DNA from: an uncultured Candidatus Bathyarchaeia archaeon
Lineage (GTDB): Archaea; Thermoproteota; Bathyarchaeia; 40CM-2-53-6
NCBI GenBank assembly: GCA_964394935.1
Contig: CAYMZN010000002.1
Location: 6,360 to 70,359 of the forward strand
Direction of reading: 5' to 3'
DNA: 64,000 bases
The translations under genes and the position numbers were made by a program. This document shows positions 56,473-64,000 of the stretch, in pieces. A model generated the notes under the pieces. The model searched no databases. It saw nothing but the letters and a program-made list of their open reading frames with translations, and had not been told where the DNA came from. The stretch's first letter is position 1. Each line of letters opens with the position of its first letter.

Positions 56473-59325
56473 TCAGTCCCAGAAAAGCCTCGTCCTAGCA
56501 TAGTCGCGCTCGGCCTTGAGTATGTCAACATAGAAGTCCTCTTCCGTACGATGTAGTCTCCTGAGTACTCTGACCGCAGTAGTCGGTCCAACTCCTCTTC
56601 CGCTCATCGCAATCGCGGCTTTCTTTCCGTATGTCTGCATTAGACTGGCGCTCAGCCAAGCACGTCTGTACGCCTGATCCTCCTCGCCAGATACTTGCTG
56701 ACGCCGGGCTCGACGTTTCACAAGTTTGGCGAGTTCATCATCGCCTAGATATGTTGCAGCGACTAATGTGGACTTGCAATTCGGACATCTTATCATCTCA
56801 GGAAGGTCGCCGACGACTCTGATTCCATCCCAGTCGCCCTTATAGAGGCAAACCAGGCGAACGCGAGACGCAAGTAACCTCTCCTTGATGATCTGGGTGA
56901 GGGACTTGCTCGGTATGGCAGGTCGAAGAAGGTCGTGTGGAATGATCTTGTCGACGATCGGCAGGGCGAGTGCAGAGCAACTCCCGTCTTTCGCCTGTAC
57001 GACCTGAAGAGAGATTGCACCATCTGAGATGCGTCTGATAAATTCCTTGGCGTGTTCCAAGTCAAGCTTCTCGAGGAAGACTTCCCTTTTCGTCTCCTCA
57101 CCGATCGGAGTATCTTTGAAGATCTTCACCAGAAGTCTGGCTCTGCTCGCCTTGTATTCGGCTGCTCGTTCTACAACCCCGAATCTCTTCGCGACATGCC
57201 AGTGTCTCCACGCGAACGTGTCAGATATCCCTAGTGACGTGCCGACTACTTCCTCAAGATGATCCGGGGTTAGTTTCCGCAGTTCATTCTCTACGAGTCT
57301 AGGTTCTATCTTGAAGGGGCAGATGAGGGCAATTCTGTAGGAATCGGTTTGTGCGGCAACGTTCACGCCGAGCCTTGAGCTCAGCAACGAAGCCAAAGCT
57401 AACGATAAGGTCTCATTAGCTAGAGTTCCAAGACATGCATGTACCACTATACAGTTCTCGAATTTCTCCACCACGGCAACAGTATCCGTTGGGACCGGGT
57501 AGCCCTCGACCTGAGACGTGATGGATTCAACGGCCTTCTGCACGGCTTCACGGGTAACATCCAGATTGTCTGCAACTTGAGCAAGCCGCTCAGAGTTGTC
57601 GACGCTTGCAGCGATCGCGCCTCGGAGATGACCAACTTCACTAGCAACGTCGTAGCTGACAGGTATTATTTCACCTTCCCAGCTCGGGATCGCGTTAAGT
57701 GTCGGGGTTGTTGGTTCAACCTCGACTGACAACTCATGTTCATTGACCGCTATGACTTTCCACGTTTGACCATGCATAATTAGCTCTGTTCCTGATTTGC
57801 ACTTGCGAGCAACAAAGTCCTGATCTAGTGTGCCGATCTTGCGTTTGCGGAAGAAATCGAATACGACGTACCTTTTCACGTCAGGTATCATTGAGATGTT
57901 TTGGAAGTAGTATCTGAATGTATTCGGAGACCGTGGTCTCAGTATGTCCTCCTGAACTGTAATCACTCTGCCAGCATGGAGTTGCTTCACAACAGACATG
58001 AATGCTTCAGGCGTCAGACCACGATACGGATACGCGCGCTTGACGATCTCGAATGCTTCTCCAACGGTAAACCTACGGAGATCTAGGATCAGGCCCGCTA
58101 TCTGATGCGCCAAAACATCAAGAGCATTTTCGTGAATGATTGTCGGTTCCAATTTCTCCTTCTTTGCGTTTCGTGCTATGACCGCTGACTCGAGAATGTC
58201 ATCTACGGATGCTCCGACTATGATGCCTTTCGCGGTGCCTCTGAGCCTGTGCTCGCTTCTGCCTATTCTCTGAATGAGACGGGTCGCTTGTCGTGGTGAC
58301 ATGTATTGGATGATGAAGTCGACTGAACCGACGTCTATTCCCAGCTCGAGTGAGGATGTGCAAACGACCGCCTTGACTTTGCCGCTGTGAAAGTCTCGCT
58401 CAACTTCCTCTCGAATCTCTCTTGAAAGAGATCCGTGATGGACGCGTACTGGGGCGTGTGAATCGAGAGCTCTCAGCTGAGAACCAACCGCTTCTGCATG
58501 CTCACGAGTGTTCGTGAACACTAGAACAGAATTCTTTTCGTCTATCAGTTGAGCGATGCGTCTTGCCCGGCCGATAGAGGATGGCGGGACACTGAACTTC
58601 TCGCTTTGTTCTCGGTCCGCTGAGGTTGGTGAAACGTAGTCGACCTTGACCTCGAATCCTCTTCCTTCTTTGGACTTCACAATTACTATGTCCCTGTCAG
58701 ACCCAGCAAGGCACTTGGCTATCCTGTCCTCATCACCGACTGTTGCTGATAGCCCGATACGCTGGAGGTCCTGGTTCGTGAGGTTCCGCAGGCGCTCCAG
58801 GCCGAGCGCAAGTTGGACTCCGCGTTTGTCAGTTGCCAACTCATGTATCTCATCCACGACAACCCATCTGACATTCCGCAAATGCTGCCGCATGCGCTTG
58901 CCAGGCAGGATCGCTTGCAGGGTCTCTGGAGTAGTGATGAGCATGTCGGGAGGAGCCCTTGCCTGAAGCGCTCGGGTAGCCGTCGGGGTGTCTCCGTGTC
59001 TGACCTGAACTTTGATTCCGAGGTCCGCGCCGATCTCAGATAGCCTACGTAAGATGTCTCTATTCAGTGCACGGAGAGGGGTCACATATAGTATGGATAT
59101 GCCTCGTGTCTCGTTCCTGCCTCGTGCCGCAACGAAGAGGTCAAAGACGGGCAGGACCGCTGCGAGGGTCTTTCCTGTTCCTGTGGGAGCTATGAGGAGA
59201 GCGTTCTTGCCCTCTAGGATCGGTCGAATTGCGAGCTTTTGGATATCGCTAGCTTCTGCTATCTCCAGCTTTCCTAACTGTTCTCGTACAGGTCTTTGCA
59301 GCAGAGCGAACGCATCATCTGACAA
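56473..59325 (-). CDS. lhr: Lhr-type large SF2 helicase
   Basis: LIAPTGTGKT, VVVDEIHEL, SAT, VFTNTR, and QRIGRSEHR, followed by a long Lhr-like winged-helix/domain-4 region and a C-terminal CPNC zinc motif. Confidence 0.9.
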   Translation of the reverse strand: MSDDAFALLQRPVREQLGKLEIAEASDIQKLAIRPILEGKNALLIAPTGTGKTLAAVLPVFDLFVAARGRNETRGISILYVTPLRALNRDILRRLSEIGADLGIKVQVRHGDTPTATRALQARAPPDMLITTPETLQAILPGKRMRQHLRNVRWVVVDEIHELATDKRGVQLALGLERLRNLTNQDLQRIGLSATVGDEDRIAKCLAGSDRDIVIVKSKEGRGFEVKVDYVSPTSADREQSEKFSVPPSSIGRARRIAQLIDEKNSVLVFTNTREHAEAVGSQLRALDSHAPVRVHHGSLSREIREEVERDFHSGKVKAVVCTSSLELGIDVGSVDFIIQYMSPRQATRLIQRIGRSEHRLRGTAKGIIVGASVDDILESAVIARNAKKEKLEPTIIHENALDVLAHQIAGLILDLRRFTVGEAFEIVKRAYPYRGLTPEAFMSVVKQLHAGRVITVQEDILRPRSPNTFRYYFQNISMIPDVKRYVVFDFFRKRKIGTLDQDFVARKCKSGTELIMHGQTWKVIAVNEHELSVEVEPTTPTLNAIPSWEGEIIPVSYDVASEVGHLRGAIAASVDNSERLAQVADNLDVTREAVQKAVESITSQVEGYPVPTDTVAVVEKFENCIVVHACLGTLANETLSLALASLLSSRLGVNVAAQTDSYRIALICPFKIEPRLVENELRKLTPDHLEEVVGTSLGISDTFAWRHWHVAKRFGVVERAAEYKASRARLLVKIFKDTPIGEETKREVFLEKLDLEHAKEFIRRISDGAISLQVVQAKDGSCSALALPIVDKIIPHDLLRPAIPSKSLTQIIKERLLASRVRLVCLYKGDWDGIRVVGDLPEMIRCPNCKSTLVAATYLGDDELAKLVKRRARRQQVSGEEDQAYRRAWLSASLMQTYGKKAAIAMSGRGVGPTTAVRVLRRLHRTEEDFYVDILKAERDYARTRLFWD

Positions 59326-59681
59326 TGACGATCACTGTGACTCAAAGCAGCCAGTTCGTGGGATCGTAACATCACTCACTAGGCGCTAGATTCTCTACAA
59401 GCTCGTTTCGCGAATCCGGGTCTTCCGTTTATCCGTTTCGTCGCTGGGCAAGCGATCACCCGGGAGCCGGGAACCCGTCTTCGCGGCGTTCTATTTCTAG
59501 ATTCAGCTCTTCTCGTATACAAGATATACAAAGACCAGAACTAGCGCGATGAACGAGACGACTGTGACAGCAATTTGTACAAGTGTGTAGTATTCGTCGG
59601 CTGTCAATCCTCCGCGCCCGCCTCGTTGTGGGGGTACAACGAAGTTTCGAATTTAAACGATTCTGTGGTCATAGAGCGAGA

Positions 59682-60113
59682 TCAGGGCGCAGTTTCAGGT
59701 CTCGTCCTCCATTGCTGAGTGATCTTACTGTATTGCGTGTCGCGGAGGTCGCTGGTTCGGAATTTTCCGAGCGCAGATGCGGTCTTCTGTGCGATTATGT
59801 GATAGCATAAAGCCCTCTTTCCATCCATTACGCGGAAGTAATAGTCGTCACAGTTGCAGAAGCTAGTTTCAGGGATTACTTGGTAGACTCCCTTTCTGCC
59901 TTTCACAGCCCAGATCACGCGCCCGCTTGGCCTGAATCTGAATCTCTGAACCTTTCGCTTGTCAACGAGTTCGAGAGCGTTCTTTGATCGGTCACCGAAC
60001 TCTTCCTCAAGTGCGGCTCTCTGATCATCTGTAAGCGTGCCGGAAGTTGCAATGCTCTGACAGACCCGTTGAATTGTCTGGAGCTCTTTTTCGTATGCTT
60101 GCGACATGTTCAT
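59682..60113 (-). CDS. SWIM zinc-finger protein
   Basis: CNCDDYYFRVMDGKRALCYH is a CxCx(n)CxH SWIM motif. Confidence 0.7.
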   Translation of the reverse strand: MNMSQAYEKELQTIQRVCQSIATSGTLTDDQRAALEEEFGDRSKNALELVDKRKVQRFRFRPSGRVIWAVKGRKGVYQVIPETSFCNCDDYYFRVMDGKRALCYHIIAQKTASALGKFRTSDLRDTQYSKITQQWRTRPETAP

Positions 60114-60174
60114 TCCGGCCAGTCATGTGAGTTCCTCAGAGTCTCAAGCCTTTGATTAAGGATATGTTGAAACA

Positions 60175-61083
60175 ATGCGAGTTGACAAGAGTTCGGCGCA
60201 GACAGAGAAGGCGTCCAGATTGGCGGGGTACAGCTTGGCGCCGGTGGATGACTCTCCTTCCCTGCTTTTGCAGGGTAAGGGCGAGCGAGTCCTCGTCATC
60301 GGCGACTTGCATATTGGTTGGGAAGTGAATCTTGCGCAACAGGGCGTTCACGTTCCCTCGCAGACCTCCAAACTGGTGGACCGGCTAGTCGATGTCATCG
60401 GGAAGTCGAATCCCACTAGGATCCTGTTTTTGGGTGACGTGAAGGACACCGTTGTCGGAGCGGAATTGGAGGAGTGGAAGGACATCCCAGAGTTCTTCGA
60501 GAAACTTGTCCCGCTCGTCCCGGACATTCAGATCATCCAAGGCAACCATGACGGCAACATAGAGCCCATGACGCCTCCGCAGGTCAAGATTCTCCCGCCA
60601 AGCGGCGTTGCGCTATGGGGAAAGTACGGCGTCTTCCACGGGCACGCTTGGCCGGCTCCTGAACTGCTCGGATGCGAAGTTCTGATTCAAGGCCACCTGC
60701 ACCCGGTAGTCGCATTCACAGACGCTCTCGGCTACAGGATCACGAGGCCGGTCTGGGTTCGCGCACCATGTGACGGAGCAAGATTGGCTCGTGCGATTCT
60801 GAAACAGCCCAAACTTCGAAGGATCAAAGACCTTGAAGATAAACTCAGGGAACGCTACGGGGCCGAGCTGAGAGTCTCACGCTGCCTCTTCGTGCCCACT
60901 TTCAACGACTTCTTAGGTGGTCGGCCAATCAACACGAGGAGACGTTCTGAAACAAAATGGACTAGGACCGACCGCTTTGGGCCCCTGCTGAGACGAAGAA
61001 TCGTGGACATGAATGAGGCAGAGGTTCAGCTCCTGGACGGGACCTATCTCGGAACGGTCAAGCAACTTCGCGCCTTTGCGTAG
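60175..61083 (+). CDS. calcineurin-like metallophosphoesterase
   Basis: VIGDLHIG, FLGDVKD, GNHD, HGH and GHLHP. Confidence 0.75.
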   Translation: MRVDKSSAQTEKASRLAGYSLAPVDDSPSLLLQGKGERVLVIGDLHIGWEVNLAQQGVHVPSQTSKLVDRLVDVIGKSNPTRILFLGDVKDTVVGAELEEWKDIPEFFEKLVPLVPDIQIIQGNHDGNIEPMTPPQVKILPPSGVALWGKYGVFHGHAWPAPELLGCEVLIQGHLHPVVAFTDALGYRITRPVWVRAPCDGARLARAILKQPKLRRIKDLEDKLRERYGAELRVSRCLFVPTFNDFLGGRPINTRRRSETKWTRTDRFGPLLRRRIVDMNEAEVQLLDGTYLGTVKQLRAFA

Positions 61084-61634
61084 GTGCGTCGTTGCGTGAG
61101 CAGCATTGGCGGGGAGAATAGAAAGCATGGGCTACAGGGCACGAGGGAAATTATCCAGTTGCTCAGAGTAAATATGACAGATGGAGGAAAGCAAACGTAC
61201 GGTTGGAATATAGTTAGAATATTTCGTTGAGAGGAAAAAGGAAATCCGCGATAATCGATGAGGCCGGCGGTCAAGTTTTCGGGCCGGCCTTGAGGTCGAA
61301 GACTGGAGAGCATCTCGTCATCTCTTTGGGACAGGAGAGGAACGGGAAGGGCTCTGTCGCCGAGGTCCTAACGCTCTGGTTGAGCGCTAGTTGAGGACTT
61401 GGCAAGGTTCTACGACTCGAAACATATTCCGTTCGAGAAGCCCGACGTTACCTTTGAGAGAAGTAGAGCCGAATAAGGATAACGTTGTCACAGCCCGGCG
61501 CCTCCTTGAGCTATAATAAGCATCTACCGGAGCCCGGTATGGACATTCTGTACATTCCGGCTCGGATTTTTGTAATTGGGGTTTATCTCAAGCTACGGCG
61601 CGCATCGGACAGGGAGATAGCAGCTTGAGATTAT

Positions 61635-62108
61635 GTGGCTGCCTCGGAAGGTGATGCAGGGATCCTAGCTGAGATTCTGGACAGATACCCCAAGGGTGAT
61701 CGGGGCTTTCTGATTCCGATCCTGCAGGACATACAGGAGTTCTGCGGTTACGTTTCACCAGATGCCGTGGATGAGATCGCGGCTTTCACCGGGGTCTCGC
61801 CCGGGGAAGTCTTTGGCGTTGCTTCGTTTTACTCTCATTTCCGGTTCACTGAGCCGGGCAAGCACACCATCAAGGTGTGCCGCGGCACAGCGTGCCATGT
61901 GCGGGGTAGCGAGCGCATCTTGGAGATGATGGAGCGTCAACTCAGGATTAAAGCGGGCGAGACAACCCCCGACGGACTGTTCAGCTTGGAACGAGTGGCC
62001 TGTTTCGGGTGTTGTGCGCTGGCACCGGTGGTTGTGACGGACAAAGATGTCCACGGCCGGATGAGCATGACCAAGGCGCAGAGGCTGCTCAAGGAGCATG
62101 AGGTTTGA
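61635..62108 (+). CDS. NuoE/HoxE/HndA-type [2Fe-2S] thioredoxin-like ferredoxin subunit
   Basis: CRGTACHVRG...ACFGCCALAP. Confidence 0.85.
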   Translation: MAASEGDAGILAEILDRYPKGDRGFLIPILQDIQEFCGYVSPDAVDEIAAFTGVSPGEVFGVASFYSHFRFTEPGKHTIKVCRGTACHVRGSERILEMMERQLRIKAGETTPDGLFSLERVACFGCCALAPVVVTDKDVHGRMSMTKAQRLLKEHEV

Positions 62109-62110
62109 TC

Positions 62111-63961
62111 ATGGCAACGCTTGGCGAAATGAGGGCAAACGCCGTTGCTGAATGGCAGGCATTGGAGGAGGATAGCCGGCCATCCGTGCTGATCGGCGCC
62201 GCTACCTGCGGCAAAGCCGCTGGCGCCTTCGACACTATAGCAGCTTTCCAAGAACAGCAGGCGAAGCGCGGACTCGACATGACGATCATCCAGGTCGGTT
62301 GCATCGGCGTATGCTACAAGGAGCCGGTGGTTGCCATCCGCAAGCAGGGACAACCGATGATATTGTACGGCAACGTTAACGCTGACGGGGTCGCCCATCT
62401 GACAGAAAAGTGGCTACTAGGCGAAGATCCCTGCACCGATTTGGCCATTGGTACATTCGGCAATCAACTCGTGAATGGAATCCCTCCACTTTCCTCGCAT
62501 CCGATGCTGGGGACGAAGCCACGCATTATCCTGCGCAACTGCGGCGTCATTGATCCTACCAACTTCAACCATTGCCTCGCTCGTGGTGGCTACGAAGGGT
62601 TCGAAAAGGCATTGGCTTGGACCCCGCAGCAAGTGATTGACGAGGTTAAGAAAGCAGGGCTACGTGGTCGTGGAGGCGCCGGTTTTCCCACTGGCGTCAA
62701 GTGGCAGATCTGCCGCGACCAGCCCGGCGACATCAAGTACCTGATCTGCAACGGTGACGAGGGCGACCCTGGCGCCTTCATGAATCGCTCGCTCATCGAG
62801 GGCGATCCTCATGCCGTGCTAGAGGGCCTGTTGATCGGTGGTTATGCACTGGGCGCCGCCGAAGGCTACATCTACATTCGGGCCGAGTACCCGCTGGCAA
62901 TCGAGCGCCTGAACCTCGCTATCGAACAGATCCGACAAGCCAGCTTGTTGGGCAAGAACATTCTCGACTATGACTTCCACTTTGACATCAAAATCAGAGA
63001 GGGGGCGGGTGCGTTTGTCTGCGGCGAAGAGACAGCGCTGATCGCGTCCGTCGAGGGCAAGCGAGGAATGCCACGCGCGAGGCCGCCCTTCCCAGCTACC
63101 TCTGGCCTTTGGGAGAAGCCCACCGTAATCAACAACGTAGAAACGCTAGCCACTGTGCCCTCCATAATACGCATGGGCGCCGAAGAATATGCTCGGTACG
63201 GCACCGAGCGCAGCAAGGGCACCAAGACCTTCGCCCTTGCCGGCAAGATCAAGAACACCGGTCTGATCGAAGTGCCGTTAGGCACCACGTTGCGGCAGAT
63301 CGTCTTCGACATCGGTGGGGGCATCCTCAAAGACAAGGAACTCAAGGCGGTACAGACCGGCGGGCCGTCAGGCGGCTGTATCCCGGCTTTTCGGCTGGAC
63401 ACGCCAGTAGACTACGAGTCGTTGACAGAGGCCGGCACCATCATGGGCTCAGGTGGAATGATCGTGATGGACGAGAACACCTGCATGGTAGATGTGGCCC
63501 ACTACTTTCTCTCGTTCACCCAGAGAGAGTCCTGTGGAAATTGCCCGCCCTGCCGCGTGGGAACTTGGCACATGCTGAAGATCTTAGAGCGCATCAAGGC
63601 CGGCGACGGCGAGCCGATGGACATTGAGCGGCTAGAGAAGCTGGCTCATACAGTGAAAGTCGGATCGTTGTGCGGGCTGGGTCAGACGGCACCCAACCCG
63701 GTGTTGACTACCCTGCGGTACTTCGGCGACGAGTATCTGGCTCATATCACCGGGCACCGTTGCCCAGCGGCGGTATGCCCGGCGTTGATCACCTACGAGG
63801 TTACCGATGCCTGCACCGGATGCACTCTATGTGCCCGGCTGTGTCCCAGCAACGCGATCGCCGGGGAGAGGAAGCAGAAGCATACGATCAATCCGAAAGC
63901 GTGTATCCGGTGCGGCGCCTGCCACGATAGCTGCAACTACAATGCGATCATTGTCCGTTGA
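62111..63961 (+). CDS. NuoF/HoxF/HndC-type NAD(P)H-binding flavoprotein subunit with N-terminal [2Fe-2S] and C-terminal 2x[4Fe-4S] domains
   Basis: GLRGRGGAGFPTGVKW (FMN/NADH), ESCGNCPPCRVG (N3 cluster) and the C-terminal CTGCTLCARLCP / CIRCGACHDSC. Confidence 0.9.
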   Translation: MATLGEMRANAVAEWQALEEDSRPSVLIGAATCGKAAGAFDTIAAFQEQQAKRGLDMTIIQVGCIGVCYKEPVVAIRKQGQPMILYGNVNADGVAHLTEKWLLGEDPCTDLAIGTFGNQLVNGIPPLSSHPMLGTKPRIILRNCGVIDPTNFNHCLARGGYEGFEKALAWTPQQVIDEVKKAGLRGRGGAGFPTGVKWQICRDQPGDIKYLICNGDEGDPGAFMNRSLIEGDPHAVLEGLLIGGYALGAAEGYIYIRAEYPLAIERLNLAIEQIRQASLLGKNILDYDFHFDIKIREGAGAFVCGEETALIASVEGKRGMPRARPPFPATSGLWEKPTVINNVETLATVPSIIRMGAEEYARYGTERSKGTKTFALAGKIKNTGLIEVPLGTTLRQIVFDIGGGILKDKELKAVQTGGPSGGCIPAFRLDTPVDYESLTEAGTIMGSGGMIVMDENTCMVDVAHYFLSFTQRESCGNCPPCRVGTWHMLKILERIKAGDGEPMDIERLEKLAHTVKVGSLCGLGQTAPNPVLTTLRYFGDEYLAHITGHRCPAAVCPALITYEVTDACTGCTLCARLCPSNAIAGERKQKHTINPKACIRCGACHDSCNYNAIIVR

Positions 63962-63983
63962 CGTGCGCCGGAGGACGGAAGAT

Positions 63984-64000
63984 ATGTCCGTGTCAATGAC
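63984..64000 (+). CDS. 5' end of a further gene in the NuoE/F-like operon (truncated by the window edge)
   Basis: ATG preceded by GGAGGA, 22 nt after the NuoF-like stop. Only 5 codons are visible. Confidence 0.25.

Noticed and set aside
59503-59607. 34-aa single-TM ORF (LTADEYYTLVQIAVTVVSFIALVLVFVYLVYEKS) downstream of the SWIM gene
   Set aside because: It has a TTG start directly abutting a GGAGGA with too little spacing. It is too short to support from sequence alone.
1-64000. CRISPR arrays, rRNA genes, transposases, integrases, toxin-antitoxin or obvious defence islands
   Set aside because: Reading both strands, I saw no regularly spaced direct repeats, no rRNA-like sequence and no recombinase, transposase or Cas signatures. 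The window looks like core chromosome.

Overview
This is a dense archaeal chromosomal segment with about 75 CDS and one tRNA. I saw no rRNA, CRISPR array, transposase, integrase or phage genes. All family calls rest on motifs I recognised by eye in the supplied translations; no searches were run.

The archaeal origin is inferred from gene content: PolD small and large subunits (DP1, DP2), Orc1/Cdc6 next to an ORB-type replication origin, Alba, Sec61beta, an Elf1-like zinc ribbon, multi-OB RPA, a Dpo4-type Y-family polymerase, ZPR1, PAC2 and an Lhr helicase. PolD together with Elf1, a non-canonical tRNA intron and an MtrH-like methyltransferase suggests a TACK-lineage (Bathyarchaeia-like) organism. 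This placement is unverified.

Main findings:
1. The serine hydroxymethyltransferase gene (glyA) is split by a 34-nt insert. The insert folds into a textbook bulge-helix-bulge (BHB) motif whose predicted cut sites restore the conserved RYAEG..G.R.Y.GC motif in frame. This points to an mRNA intron removed by the tRNA splicing endonuclease.
2. A class-II tRNA-Ser(CGA) appears to carry two introns. One sits at the non-canonical position 30/31 with a good BHB; the other sits at 37/38 with a relaxed motif.
3. An oriC lies upstream of cdc6, with three ORB repeats built on the TCCAGTGGAAA..GGGG core.
4. A threonine-synthase-like PLP enzyme is fused to a C-terminal PadR-like winged helix.

Other content:
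- A Mo-hydroxylase, XdhC, MocA and amidohydrolase island.
- A lipoate cluster (lipA, lpdA, lipB).
- An Lhr, SWIM and metallophosphoesterase group.
- A NuoE/NuoF-type flavoprotein module at the 3' edge.
- Two unusually long non-coding gaps.
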